DNA of 64,000 bases from an uncultured Candidatus Saccharibacteria bacterium. Its GTDB lineage: Bacteria > Patescibacteriota > Minisyncoccia > Phycocordibacterales > DATDWN01. The translations under genes and the position numbers were made by a program. The notes under the pieces were generated by a model. It saw only the letters and a program-made list of their open reading frames with translations. It was not told where the DNA came from and made no database searches. Location: contig CAYXZA010000001.1 of the NCBI GenBank assembly GCA_964469605.1, forward strand, positions 6,899 to 70,898, read 5' to 3'. Shown one piece after another: positions 10,419 to 21,456 of the stretch. Numbering within the stretch: position 1 is the first letter of the stretch; each line of letters opens with the position of its first letter.

Positions 10419-10967
10419 TTATGCTACTACTAAATTATCTATTGATTTATCTAGGGCAACTTCATCTATAACATCACTTTTAACATCATCAACAGTCTCA
10501 TCTTTAGAAACCTTGTCTTCTTTTTTAAACATCATTTTACCATTTAAAAGTGTATTTTCTTTAACTGTTTTTACAATCAAAAATCTAACAATAAAAGGAT
10601 TATTTTCCGCATACTTTTTGATCTCTGAAACATTTAGAGTATCCATCTGAAACTTTATATAACCAAAGTAACCCTTTTGACACTTTACTCTAGAAGAAGT
10701 TGTGACTTTAACCATAGGATATGCCAAATCTATAAGTATAGGATTTTCAAATGATAATACATTTCCAGAATTTGAACTTATTTGTTCTTGTAGATTTGTA
10801 ACCTCTTTTGAAACATCATCGTTTGACAGGCTTGGTAAAAGTATATATGAGATCTCGTATATACCAAAAACAGAGTCAACCTCTTCTGTTACTTTTTTGC
10901 TTTTTACGGCCTTTTTTTCTTTAGTTTTTACATCTTTTTCCATAAGAAACAGACTATCATAAAACAT
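10419..10967 (-). CDS. rpsF: 30S ribosomal protein S6
   Basis: 'YEISYIL...LAYPM...GYFGY...IVRFLIVK'; rpsF-ssb-rpsR order; start probably Met9. Confidence 0.85.
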   Translation of the reverse strand: MFYDSLFLMEKDVKTKEKKAVKSKKVTEEVDSVFGIYEISYILLPSLSNDDVSKEVTNLQEQISSNSGNVLSFENPILIDLAYPMVKVTTSSRVKCQKGYFGYIKFQMDTLNVSEIKKYAENNPFIVRFLIVKTVKENTLLNGKMMFKKEDKVSKDETVDDVKSDVIDEVALDKSIDNLVVA

Positions 10968-11016
10968 CTTTTATGGCAAGGAACGGGTCTAAACCAAAAT
11001 TGAATAAAATACTGCC

Positions 11017-11817
11017 CTATTTATCTATACTAAACAATCTTTTAGCATTAGAGATCAAAACCTCTTTTAGATAATCTTCTTTTATATTTTTTATTTCTGC
11101 CATTTTTCTTACAACAAAAGGAACATTTAGAGGGCTATTTCTCTTGCCTCTAAAAGGAACAGGGGCAACAAAAGGAGAATCAGTCTCGCAATGTATCATA
11201 TCATCTGGTGTATATTTTATAAGATCATTGTAGTCGCTTGTAAAAGTGATAACACCTGTAAAAGAGACAGAAAATCCAATATCCAAAAAACCTTTCAAAA
11301 TTTCCTTATTACCAGCAAAAAAATGTGCATTGCCAAAAAGCCTATCTCCAAAATCTTTTTTATAAGATCCAAGAACATTTAAAGTATCCTCGTAGGCATC
11401 CATAGATTTTTCAGATGGACGACAATGAAGCATTAGTGCTTTACTGTTTTTAACAGCTAAATCTATATGACTTTCAAATATTTGCTTTTGGATTTTTTTA
11501 GCACTATCAATTTCTGACAACCTAAAATAATCAAAACCACATTCCCCTAATGCTACAACTTTTGGCTCTAAAACTAAACTTTCAAAATCCTTATCAAAAA
11601 CATCACTTTGAAAATGAGCAGGGTGAACACCTATACAAGAAAAAATATTTTCATTTTCCTTTGCCAAAGAAATAGATTTTTCTGAAGTCTCTTTATTTGT
11701 TCCGATGGATATAGTAAAAATACCCTCTTTTTTCATAGATTCTAATATAGAAAATCTATCAGAATCAAATTCATCAAAATAAAGATGTGAATGTATATCA
11801 AAATAATTTATATTCAT
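11017..11817 (-). CDS. tatD: TatD family deoxyribonuclease
   Basis: 'DIHSH', 'GVHP', 'GECGFD', 'ETDSPF'. Confidence 0.95.
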   Translation of the reverse strand: MNINYFDIHSHLYFDEFDSDRFSILESMKKEGIFTISIGTNKETSEKSISLAKENENIFSCIGVHPAHFQSDVFDKDFESLVLEPKVVALGECGFDYFRLSEIDSAKKIQKQIFESHIDLAVKNSKALMLHCRPSEKSMDAYEDTLNVLGSYKKDFGDRLFGNAHFFAGNKEILKGFLDIGFSVSFTGVITFTSDYNDLIKYTPDDMIHCETDSPFVAPVPFRGKRNSPLNVPFVVRKMAEIKNIKEDYLKEVLISNAKRLFSIDK

Positions 11818-11821
11818 AAAA

Positions 11822-13264
11822 CTATTCTTTTCTTAAAAATAGTGGTTTTTCTAGTTTATTTTGTTTTATAGCATCTCTTATCTTCAAACTAGTTTCTGGC
11901 ATTATAGGCTCCAATAAAGTTGATACAAAATAAAGTCTTTTAACTAAAAAATCTATCATCTCTATACCCTTCTCTTTTTCTGTTTTTACAACCTTAAAAG
12001 GTTGATTTTCTTGTATATACAGATCAAGTTCAGAAATTTTCTGCCAAATATAATCAGTGGCTTTATTTATCTCAAAATTATTCAACAAGTTAAAATACTC
12101 TTCAATATTTTCAGAATCAACATCAGAAATGTAAACAGGAGTATCTAAATTTGTCTCAGCCATCTTCATTATACGAGAAACTAGATTTCCCAATCCGTTT
12201 GCCAAATAGCTATTGTAACTTTCTTTAAGCCTTTCCATTGTCATGTCAGAGTCTTCAAAACAAGATAGCTCTTTTACCACAAAAAATCTTAAAACATCAG
12301 CTCCGTATATAGAAACAACATCATAAGGATTTATAACATTACCGAGTGACTTACTCATCTTTTGACCTCCGCTTAAAATAAAACCATTTATAACAATACG
12401 ATTTGAATTTGGAAGACCTGCTGACATAAGCATTGCTTGCCACATTGCTGACTGCTGTCTTAGATTGTCTTTACCAGCATACTGAACAGGAGTGCCATTT
12501 ATCCAATATTTTTCAAAAGTAACAATATCATTTGGCCAACTTAAAGTTGAAATATAGTTTATAAGTGCATCAAACCAAACATACATAACATGATCAGGAT
12601 CATTTGGCACAGGAACACCCCAAGACATTTTTGACCTAAGTCTTGAAATACTAAAATCTTCAAGTCCTCTTTCTACAAATTTTTTTATTTCAGTAAAACG
12701 AAAATCTGGCACAACAAAATCTGGATTTTTTTCATAAAAATCTAGTAGTGGTTTTTGATATTTACTCCACCTAAAAAAATAATTTTCCTCTTCCCTTATT
12801 TCAAGTTCCCTGTTTGGATGTATAGAACATTTACCATCAACCAACTCTGAATCAGTTTTTTCAAGTTCACATCCAATACAATATTTAATCTTGTAATTTT
12901 TTTTGTATATATCTCCATTTTGAAAGCAAAGATTCCAAAAATATTGAGCTGACTTTTGATGTTCTTTGTTTGTAGTTCTTATAAAATGTAAATCACTTGA
13001 AAGATTTAACAGCTCTTTCAATCCTTTAAACCTATCAGCAAAAAAATCAACATAATCTTGAGTCTCCTTACCTGCCTTTAAAGCTTCGTCAAAAATCTTT
13101 TGACCATGCTCATCTGTTCCTGTGTTAAAATACACATCAAAACCTTGAATCTTTTTCGATCTAGCTATTATATCAGCCCTAACTATTTCAGCGGCAAAAC
13201 CAATATGAGGATCCGCATTTACATAAGGAAGAGTTGTTGTTATATAAAAAGTTTTCTTTTGCAT
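11822..13264 (-). CDS. metG: Methionine--tRNA ligase (short form, no C-terminal OB domain)
   Basis: 'YITTTLPYVNADPHIG', 'YVWFDAL', KMSKS. Confidence 0.96.
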   Translation of the reverse strand: MQKKTFYITTTLPYVNADPHIGFAAEIVRADIIARSKKIQGFDVYFNTGTDEHGQKIFDEALKAGKETQDYVDFFADRFKGLKELLNLSSDLHFIRTTNKEHQKSAQYFWNLCFQNGDIYKKNYKIKYCIGCELEKTDSELVDGKCSIHPNRELEIREEENYFFRWSKYQKPLLDFYEKNPDFVVPDFRFTEIKKFVERGLEDFSISRLRSKMSWGVPVPNDPDHVMYVWFDALINYISTLSWPNDIVTFEKYWINGTPVQYAGKDNLRQQSAMWQAMLMSAGLPNSNRIVINGFILSGGQKMSKSLGNVINPYDVVSIYGADVLRFFVVKELSCFEDSDMTMERLKESYNSYLANGLGNLVSRIMKMAETNLDTPVYISDVDSENIEEYFNLLNNFEINKATDYIWQKISELDLYIQENQPFKVVKTEKEKGIEMIDFLVKRLYFVSTLLEPIMPETSLKIRDAIKQNKLEKPLFLRKE

Positions 13265-13310
13265 ATATAAGAGACTATAACAGAAAAATATGTTTTTGTC
13301 TTTGTATTTT

Positions 13311-14369
13311 TTAAGCTAGATTTTTTTCAATTCTCTCTATTTTATCTTTTTCAACATCATCTAAAAATTCCATAAGTGCAGTGGCAATAGGGACAGAAAG
13401 TATCAAACCTAAAAATCCAAATAACTCATATCCAGCAACTAGGGCAACTATTGAAACAATTGGCGAAACTCCTATAACTTTTTTTACAACAAGTGGATAT
13501 ATCAGATGATTTTCAAATTGATGAATAATAACATAAAGTCCAACAACAAGTATTGCAGTAGAAATACCACCGGAAACGAATGATAGTGTTATGGCCGGTA
13601 TAGAGGCAAGTATTGGACCAAAAAGAGGAATAATCTCAAAAACAGCGGCCAAAAAAGATAGAAGTAGTGCATTTTTAACATCCAAAAGAGTTAATCCTAA
13701 AAATACCAACATTCCTATAATAATAGCTAAAACTAACTGACCCTGCATCCACAAACCTATCTTATATTGAGCTCTTTGCCAAAGGTTTAATATATATTTT
13801 TCGTGTTTTAACGGAGTTACAAGTTTTAAAAATTTAGCAACTCCATTTTCATCAACGGAAAGATAAAAAGATAAAACTATCATAAGTATAAAACTTAAAA
13901 ATCCACCAAAAACTGAGACTATGGTATTAAATGCACCTATATTTAAACTATCTATAAAAGCATTTATAGTATTACCTATTTGTTGTATGTTTATTGAATT
14001 TTTTAAACTATAAACTATTGGCTGATTTGAAACAGACGAATCAAGTCCACTATCAAAACCAGAAAAATAACTTGGCAAATTTTTAATAACCTCAGATGAT
14101 TCTGAAAGCAGAGGAAGTAGAAGATAAAAAACACTAATACCTAAGATAATAGCAATGGTAAGATATATAACTATAACACCTAAAAGTCGAGGTATTTTCC
14201 TTCTAGAAAACCATTTTGTCAAAGGTTCAACAGCCGAAGCGATAACAATAGACATCAACACCACCAGCATTAAATCTTTTAAGATATAGAGAATATAAAA
14301 ACCGATCAATACCAAACAAAATTTTATCATTGTTGAAATACCAATAGATAACTGTTCTTTATGTTCCAT
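13311..14369 (-). CDS. AI-2E family transporter
   Basis: Multi-TM; 'IPLFGP', 'QFENHLIYP', 'GLILSVP'. Confidence 0.9.
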   Translation of the reverse strand: MEHKEQLSIGISTMIKFCLVLIGFYILYILKDLMLVVLMSIVIASAVEPLTKWFSRRKIPRLLGVIVIYLTIAIILGISVFYLLLPLLSESSEVIKNLPSYFSGFDSGLDSSVSNQPIVYSLKNSINIQQIGNTINAFIDSLNIGAFNTIVSVFGGFLSFILMIVLSFYLSVDENGVAKFLKLVTPLKHEKYILNLWQRAQYKIGLWMQGQLVLAIIIGMLVFLGLTLLDVKNALLLSFLAAVFEIIPLFGPILASIPAITLSFVSGGISTAILVVGLYVIIHQFENHLIYPLVVKKVIGVSPIVSIVALVAGYELFGFLGLILSVPIATALMEFLDDVEKDKIERIEKNLA

Positions 14370-14441
14370 ATAAATAAATATTTACTAAAATAATATATAA
14401 TTATACTACCATATACAACCAATAAAGTTTACAATTTATAT

Positions 14442-15689
14442 ATGACAATAGAAAAAGAAATTGAAAATATCCAAATACCACTTGAAATGTATGCAGTGCC
14501 TAGATCAGAAAAACACACATCAGATCTATATGAAATGTATAAAAAATCAGAACAAAGAGAGCTTGATAAAATAAAACAAGCAGTAAAAAGAAAATCAATT
14601 TTAAAAAAAATTAATGAAAAAGTTCAGTATACCTTTGAATTAATGACATTTAGATTAGATAGATTTGGAACTAAATCTAAGATGTTTTTAAAAGAAGAAT
14701 TGATTAGATCCCTATCTCAAAAACAAAAATTTAAACTTGCAAAAATTTTTTTCAAATCCAAAGATATTGAAAATCAAAAAACAGCAATATTTATATTATA
14801 TTTATTATCAAAAGAAGAACAAAAAGTTGAATGTATAAAAATTGGTCTTGAAAAAGGTGGTGATATTATTAAACAACACTGTGCTTTAAAAATTAGATTT
14901 TTAAATGATGAGAAATACAAAAAGGAGCTTTACTTTATATTAAAAGAATTGATCTTAAAAGCTCTAAGTAGTGGTTACGAACAACTTTCATATATAAGGT
15001 TAATTGAGTATTTACCAGAAGAACAAATGGTTGAGTGTATAAAAATCGGTCTTCAAAGTAAAGATGAGTTGGTTGTAAAAAAATGTTCAGAAATAGTTAT
15101 ATTTACTATGTCTAAAGAAAAAAGAGATATACTTTTTCCACTAATACCAGATAAATATGATATGAAAATAATAGAACCACCTTTATATACTAAAATTAGG
15201 AGAGACTTGAAAGGTAATTATCTACTATCCAAAGCAAAATTCGAAAAAGACGGTTCTGAAACAACACTACTTGGTGGTGGTCTTGAAGGTAAAGTAATAG
15301 TAAGACATATAAATCCAGAATCATTTTTAGCTTGGAGAAAAGCTTTTGAAGATTATGATATGTGGAGACAAGAAGGTTTTGATTATGTTCCAGTTGAACC
15401 AATTGTTAAGTTTAGATTAAACAATGACGGACTAGTTGATGTTTATTCCGGAGTTTTAGATCACAATTTAGCAGATTTCACAACAAAAAATGGTCCATTT
15501 TTTAATGAATTAACTGAAGAAGCAGATAAAATTAAGGAAATCTTATTAAAAAACAAAATTATTCACGGCCATAGTCATAATTGGAATTTTTGCTTAAGAT
15601 TTTTTGATGATGAAAATGGTAATATAGATTTTTCAAAAAAACCTAGAATTTACATTATAGATTTTGATCAAGCATATATTCAGAAGTAA
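14442..15689 (+). CDS. Hypothetical protein: helical repeats plus kinase-like C-terminal domain
   Basis: Repeat 'EEQxVECIKIGL' twice; 'IIHGHSHNWNF...IIDFD'. Confidence 0.55.
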   Translation: MTIEKEIENIQIPLEMYAVPRSEKHTSDLYEMYKKSEQRELDKIKQAVKRKSILKKINEKVQYTFELMTFRLDRFGTKSKMFLKEELIRSLSQKQKFKLAKIFFKSKDIENQKTAIFILYLLSKEEQKVECIKIGLEKGGDIIKQHCALKIRFLNDEKYKKELYFILKELILKALSSGYEQLSYIRLIEYLPEEQMVECIKIGLQSKDELVVKKCSEIVIFTMSKEKRDILFPLIPDKYDMKIIEPPLYTKIRRDLKGNYLLSKAKFEKDGSETTLLGGGLEGKVIVRHINPESFLAWRKAFEDYDMWRQEGFDYVPVEPIVKFRLNNDGLVDVYSGVLDHNLADFTTKNGPFFNELTEEADKIKEILLKNKIIHGHSHNWNFCLRFFDDENGNIDFSKKPRIYIIDFDQAYIQK

Positions 15690-15696
15690 ATTGAGG

Positions 15697-16965
15697 TTAT
15701 ATTTTCAGCAATTTGTAAATCTCTTTATCATCAAGACCATCGCCTATCAGAGCAACTGCTAAATTTTCTGTCTTAAATATTTGTTTAGCCAACCTTAAAA
15801 CATCAGAAGGTGTAACTTTTCTAATATTGGAAATAAAACTTTCAGGAGTTTCCAACTCTTGATCTAAAATCCTTTGCATACCAAAATATTCAGCCACATT
15901 GTCGGAAGATTCAAGAGAAAGTAAAGTGTTGCCTATTAGATATTCCTTTGCTTTTAAAATTTCTTTTTCAGAAATTTTTTCATCTTTTATTTTTTTCAAC
16001 TCATCAATAATAGCTTTTATAACATCAAAAACTCTTTTGTTATCAGCACCTATGGAAATACTGAAATTTCCATGATCACTAAACTCTTCTATGTTTGTCC
16101 TTATATAATATCCAATACCCATTTGGTCACGAAGTCTGTAAAACAGTCTTGAACTTAGACCACCAGAAAGAATTGCATCTAAAACCTTTAAAACATAACC
16201 CCTCTTGTCAGATGCTTTAAATGTTCTGATCCCAAAAACCAAATGAGTTTGATCTGTTTTTTTATTTTTTATTAAAATATTTGGTTTAGTTTTGTTTTCA
16301 ATAACTTTTTCTTTACCTTCTTTTTTAGAAACAGAAATATTATTAAATATTTTATTTATTTTTGGAGCTATCTTCTTAACATTAAAATTACCAGCTACTA
16401 TGACTTTTGTTGCCGATGCTACATAGTGTTTATTTATATAATCCACAAAATCTTCCCTTTTTGTTTTTAAAATATTTTCTTTTGGGCCAAGTATTGTAAA
16501 ACCAGCTGGACTATCACCGTAAAGTGCCTGAGAGAAAACATCTTGAACTTGTCTGTGAGGCATATCCTCATACATATTTATTTCTTCAACAATCACACCT
16601 TTTTCCTTTTCAATTTCATTTTTATCAAAAATAGGGTTTAAATACATATCGGAGACAACATCCAGTATTGTATTTATATGTTTTTTAGATGACTTAGCAT
16701 AATAACCAGTGAATTCTTGTGAAGTAAAAGCATTGTATTGAGAGCCAATAGAATCAAGCTCCTCTGATATAAGTTTTGGGGAAGGTCTCTTGGAAGTCCC
16801 TTTAAAACACATATGTTCTAGAAAATGAGAAATGCCATTATTTGACTTATTTTCATATTTAGAGCCAGTTTTAACCAATATAAGAACAGTGACGGCCATA
16901 GAATCCTTCATTGGTGCAAAAATGACCTCTAAGCCGTTTTTTAGTTTTTTAGTTGAAACTTTCAT
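15697..16965 (-). CDS. M16 family zinc peptidase
   Basis: HFLEH motif, 'NAFTS', 'GGLSSRLF'. Confidence 0.93.
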   Translation of the reverse strand: MKVSTKKLKNGLEVIFAPMKDSMAVTVLILVKTGSKYENKSNNGISHFLEHMCFKGTSKRPSPKLISEELDSIGSQYNAFTSQEFTGYYAKSSKKHINTILDVVSDMYLNPIFDKNEIEKEKGVIVEEINMYEDMPHRQVQDVFSQALYGDSPAGFTILGPKENILKTKREDFVDYINKHYVASATKVIVAGNFNVKKIAPKINKIFNNISVSKKEGKEKVIENKTKPNILIKNKKTDQTHLVFGIRTFKASDKRGYVLKVLDAILSGGLSSRLFYRLRDQMGIGYYIRTNIEEFSDHGNFSISIGADNKRVFDVIKAIIDELKKIKDEKISEKEILKAKEYLIGNTLLSLESSDNVAEYFGMQRILDQELETPESFISNIRKVTPSDVLRLAKQIFKTENLAVALIGDGLDDKEIYKLLKI

Positions 16966-17058
16966 AGTTTTGCAAAGCGACTATATCACAGCTTTGAAAA
17001 AGTTTGAATATTTACTGGATTATACCATATTTTTATAAAAAAGTAAAATACCACCTAT

Positions 17059-17556
17059 TTAGGTGGCCCTAGTATTACTACCAAATGCGAATCTATAATT
17101 AGAATGCCAATATTCAGTAACAGATTCATTTAATTTATCACCTATTACTAAACAAACTTCATCTTTACCATCTTCATCTTTTCTTCTAACAAGAGAAATA
17201 TCATAACCATCATTAGTATATATTCTAAAATCTTCAAAAGATAAAGCTGTTGTATTCCTAAAATACAAGACAGAGGCAATGTAGATTAAAACTTCATATA
17301 AATTAAACTTCCTAGATGTTTTTTGCTCATTATGCGAATTTTTAATGGAAATATACGGAAAATTTAAATGAGCATTAGGTGAACTAGAAATTTTTTCCAT
17401 ATCCATAATTAAGTTAAATGTAAAACCTTTTCCTACAAGAAATCTAATTAAAGGATAAATAAAAAATCCATATACTAAGATTTTATCCTCTTGAAAATCA
17501 CAATCTATTTTAATATCAACACCTAATTCTTTGTAAAAATTTCTCCAAGTGAGCAT
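17059..17556 (-). CDS. Hypothetical protein
   Basis: 165-aa ORF filling the gap; no motif recognised. Confidence 0.5.
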   Translation of the reverse strand: MLTWRNFYKELGVDIKIDCDFQEDKILVYGFFIYPLIRFLVGKGFTFNLIMDMEKISSSPNAHLNFPYISIKNSHNEQKTSRKFNLYEVLIYIASVLYFRNTTALSFEDFRIYTNDGYDISLVRRKDEDGKDEVCLVIGDKLNESVTEYWHSNYRFAFGSNTRAT

Positions 17557-17604
17557 TCCGTAACTATTTTTACATAAAAGATAGTTACGGGAAATATAGA
17601 CAAA

Positions 17605-18936
17605 CTATATTAAAGAATTTCTAATTATTTCCTTAACTTCATCAACAGTTTTCCTCTCTTGAACCCCAGTATCTCTGTATCTTAAGGTCACAGTTTTATC
17701 TTTTTCAATGGTGTCGAAATCCACAGTAACACAAAAAGGTGTTCCTACCTCATCTTGTCTCCTGTATCTCTTACCAATATTTCCATTGTCATCAAACTCA
17801 ACTGTTCCAAAATCTTTTTTAAGTTCTCTGTATATTTCTCTTGCACTAGAAACTAAATTCTCTTTATTTTTTAAAAGAGGAAAAACTGCACACTTAACAG
17901 GAGCAATTTTTGGAGACAGTTTCAGTACAGTGCGAATCTCCCCTTCATTATCTTCTTCAAAATAAGCATTTGAAAGAACAGCTAAAACAAGTCTTTCTAA
18001 ACCAAAAGTTGGTTCTATACAATGAGGTATAAACCTATCTTTTGTAGGTTCATCAAAATACGACAAATCAACACCAGAGAAACTGCTGTGATTTTTTAGA
18101 TCAAAATCTGTTCTATAAGCAAGCCCTAGCAATTCTTTTTGTCCAAAAGGAAAATCAAACTCTATATCAACACTTCGTTTTGAATAGTGGGCTCTGTCAG
18201 ATTCAGAAACTTCTATTTTATGAATTTTAGAATCATCAAGACCAATTGTTTTTAAAAATTTAAACTGCTCTAAAAGGAGTTTTTCAAAAACACCCATCAC
18301 CTCTTTTTCATCTCTAGGATCAACAAAATACTCTATCTCCATTTGTTTAAATTCACGAAGTCTAAAAATAAAATCTCTTGGAGCTATCTCGTTTCTAAAA
18401 GCCTTACCTATCTGGGCTAAACCAAAAGGAAGTTTTGGATGCATTGAATCTAAAATATTTTTAAAATTAAGAAACATACCCCCAGCAGTTTCAGGTCTAA
18501 GATATGTTATAGAAGATTCATCCTCTGTGGCCCCAACATAAGTCCTAAACATCATATTAAATTGTTTTGAAGAACCCAAGTTTCCTCCACAGTCAGGACA
18601 AACATTCAGATCTTTTAAATGATCAGTTCTAAATCTATGTTTGCATTTTTGACATTCAGATAAAGGATCATTAAACCCGGATATATGACCAGATGCTTCC
18701 CAAGCTTTTGGATTCATTATTATTGAAGCATCAACACCATATACATCTTCCCTATCTGTCACAAACATTTTCCACCAAATATTTTTTATATTATGAGCTA
18801 GTTCAACTCCATAAGGTCCATAATCATAAGTTCCAGCCATACCACCATATATTTCAGAGCCTTGAAATATAAAACCTCTTCTCTTACAGAGAGATACTAT
18901 TTTTTCCATTAGATTATTTTCGTTCATACAAAACAC
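17605..18936 (-). CDS. glyQS: Glycine--tRNA ligase, alpha2 (dimeric) type
   Basis: 'LCKRRGF', 'YLRPETA', 'GKAFRNEI', 'IGKRYRRQDEVGTP'. Confidence 0.96.
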   Translation of the reverse strand: MFCMNENNLMEKIVSLCKRRGFIFQGSEIYGGMAGTYDYGPYGVELAHNIKNIWWKMFVTDREDVYGVDASIIMNPKAWEASGHISGFNDPLSECQKCKHRFRTDHLKDLNVCPDCGGNLGSSKQFNMMFRTYVGATEDESSITYLRPETAGGMFLNFKNILDSMHPKLPFGLAQIGKAFRNEIAPRDFIFRLREFKQMEIEYFVDPRDEKEVMGVFEKLLLEQFKFLKTIGLDDSKIHKIEVSESDRAHYSKRSVDIEFDFPFGQKELLGLAYRTDFDLKNHSSFSGVDLSYFDEPTKDRFIPHCIEPTFGLERLVLAVLSNAYFEEDNEGEIRTVLKLSPKIAPVKCAVFPLLKNKENLVSSAREIYRELKKDFGTVEFDDNGNIGKRYRRQDEVGTPFCVTVDFDTIEKDKTVTLRYRDTGVQERKTVDEVKEIIRNSLI

Positions 18937-18972
18937 TATATCAAAAAGATGAAAAATTTACTAGAAGTAAAA

Positions 18973-20850
18973 CTACTTTACTAAACCAGGAGAACCAGAA
19001 ACACTTGTATTAAAATTTGAAAGATTTATTTTTATAGGAAGATTAGTAAATGAATCAGTTCCACTAAAAATAACTTTTGATGTCAGCTCTGGTATAGTTC
19101 CAATCTGATTTAAACTTGGAGTTATTTTAATCTGAAAACCACCTTTTTTAGAAGAACTATTAAACCCAGCACTATTTGAAATACTTCCAATATTCCACAA
19201 AACCTCTCTACTCTCTTCGTTGTATACAATATTTTCAGAAGATGGATATGTCTTTCCAACAAAAGTTACATATTGAGGTAAGACAATAGATATTGTTGCA
19301 TTATTTATATCATTATAAGTATTTGATATATTGAAATCTAGATTATATGAAGTTGTTTTTTCAGATACAGGAGGATTTGGGCCGGTCGTAGATAGTGGTG
19401 ACCCATACAAAGTTTTCAATACAAATGTCGGTTCGGTTTTTATCCTTATGCTTTTACTCATAGAAGATGTTATTTCTTCTGAATCAGAATCTTGAGAAGT
19501 TCTAAGTCCATTTACTTTGAGACTGAAATCTATTTTTGGATTTTCTGAAGAGACTGGTATGTCCACTATGTCAAACTGAAAAGACAGTGAATTTGTTGAA
19601 AGTGGTCCAAAAGAAGAAAGTGAATTTGTTGTGTTTCTATTCCAAGTTATTGTATTTGAAATAGAATCATAAAATCCTCCTTGACCAACTCTGATACTTT
19701 TTTTGTCTATAAGTGGAGAATTTATATTAACAAAAACTTCATTATCATAAACACTTTCATTTAAAGTATTTGATATATCAAAATTAACCGATACAGAAGA
19801 TTTATTGTCAGATATAGCAAAAGATGGATTATCTATAACACCTCCCATATAACTAACAATATTAAAAAATGGTTTTTTTATAGTTACAGAAGACAAGCCA
19901 TCTGCAATAACAGATATATCATCTTCTTTTTTATCTTTTGAGCCAACTGCAAATCTAAATGTCCTCTCTTCATTGTTTTGAGCAATGAGCTTGCCTGTTA
20001 TATTTAAAGTCTTTTTATCTCCATTTTTCAAATCACCAATAAACCACTCATTATTTGAACTAGAATTTTTTAAACTAGAATCGGCAAACTCAAAACCATA
20101 TGGATATTCAGCAGTGATATATATATTTTTCAAAACAGTTTGTGAATTTGAAGTTATATCAACTTTAAAATTTAGATTTTGGCCAGAATTTATTTCTTTT
20201 GAAGAAGATATATTTAATATAACCGGTGATGAGTCGAGTTTTAGATCATATTTCTTTTCTTTTACAAAGACAGCATTTGACCCGACAATTCTATATTGAA
20301 TTTTGAAAGATATAACCTTGTTAACATCTTTATTTCCTAAAATCGCAAAATTTATATCCCTATTTATATTTTGACCTTTTGCTATTTTACCTATATCAAA
20401 AGACAGATCTTTGATGGGTTTTTGATCCGGCATCATAACAGAACCATCAGGTAAAACAACAGAAAGAACAGAAGACTCAATATCACTTTTATTCTTATTA
20501 AAAACAGAAACTGAAAGCAAGACATCGGAACCAGAAGAAACAGATGTCGGCCCAGAGACCAATATCTCTAAATTATTTGATGACACAAATTGATTTTTAA
20601 AGAAAAATATATACAGAGAGAAAACGACAGAAAGCAAGAAAAAAGCTACTGCAAATATTGTAAATTTTTTTAAAAAACCTGTGTTATTTTCATCGTAATC
20701 TTTTATGTTAAGTTTTTCATCTTTTGCCCATCCAGAATAATCATCATCTCTTTTTGATAAATTTGAAAGTTCTGACCTGTCATCAGAGACTGAAAAGTAT
20801 TTTCTCGAATATAGTCTTTTTTTTAGTTTTTCAATACGATCAAAATCCAT
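18973..20850 (-). CDS. Membrane-anchored protein with tandem Ig-like (DUF11-like) domains
   Basis: Single TM followed by beta-rich repeats ('WFIGDL', 'WNIGSI'). Confidence 0.6.
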   Translation of the reverse strand: MDFDRIEKLKKRLYSRKYFSVSDDRSELSNLSKRDDDYSGWAKDEKLNIKDYDENNTGFLKKFTIFAVAFFLLSVVFSLYIFFFKNQFVSSNNLEILVSGPTSVSSGSDVLLSVSVFNKNKSDIESSVLSVVLPDGSVMMPDQKPIKDLSFDIGKIAKGQNINRDINFAILGNKDVNKVISFKIQYRIVGSNAVFVKEKKYDLKLDSSPVILNISSSKEINSGQNLNFKVDITSNSQTVLKNIYITAEYPYGFEFADSSLKNSSSNNEWFIGDLKNGDKKTLNITGKLIAQNNEERTFRFAVGSKDKKEDDISVIADGLSSVTIKKPFFNIVSYMGGVIDNPSFAISDNKSSVSVNFDISNTLNESVYDNEVFVNINSPLIDKKSIRVGQGGFYDSISNTITWNRNTTNSLSSFGPLSTNSLSFQFDIVDIPVSSENPKIDFSLKVNGLRTSQDSDSEEITSSMSKSIRIKTEPTFVLKTLYGSPLSTTGPNPPVSEKTTSYNLDFNISNTYNDINNATISIVLPQYVTFVGKTYPSSENIVYNEESREVLWNIGSISNSAGFNSSSKKGGFQIKITPSLNQIGTIPELTSKVIFSGTDSFTNLPIKINLSNFNTSVSGSPGLVK

Positions 20851-20884
20851 AAGAATAAATTTTTAATTTAAATCTATTATAACA

Positions 20885-21454
20885 TTAAAGATTGCTTAAT
20901 GATAAAGCATTATTCACCATTTTAACAATTGTATTTATTTCAGTTTTAGCTTGATCCAAAATATCAAAATTTGGCACCAAAAACCTACTATCAAATGAAG
21001 ATAAATCAACATATCCTAGATGAAATAAAACTGAAAGCAAAATAATAGCCTCAACAACCAAAACATCTTTATCATCTACTTTATTTAACATCAACAATCC
21101 TTCTCTAACAGATTTATATATTTGTTCATTTTTCTCTTCTGAAAGAATAAATTTTTCTAAAATTTTACAAATATTAAACAATGCTTTTTTTTTGATTTTA
21201 GATGAGTTATCAAATAAATTTTCAATAAAAGATGCCGAGGTTATTTTAAATCCTCTTCTGCTTTTTATAAAAGAGATTGATGATAAAAAATACTGTTGAA
21301 GTGAAAATTTTAATTTTGAGTTTACTTTTCTAACACCAACAGCTTTTGCATAAACAATACCAAAATCAGAAGTTAAGATAACATAAACAGCATCGTTTTC
21401 CAGAGGAACCCTTCTTAAAATTATACCTTCGGTAGTATGTATATGATAAGACAT
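20885..21454 (-). CDS. recO: DNA repair protein RecO
   Basis: 'TEGIILRR...ILTSDFGIVYAKAVGVRKVNSKL' N-terminal OB fold. Confidence 0.85.
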   Translation of the reverse strand: MSYHIHTTEGIILRRVPLENDAVYVILTSDFGIVYAKAVGVRKVNSKLKFSLQQYFLSSISFIKSRRGFKITSASFIENLFDNSSKIKKKALFNICKILEKFILSEEKNEQIYKSVREGLLMLNKVDDKDVLVVEAIILLSVLFHLGYVDLSSFDSRFLVPNFDILDQAKTEINTIVKMVNNALSLSNL

Positions 21455-21456
21455 AT

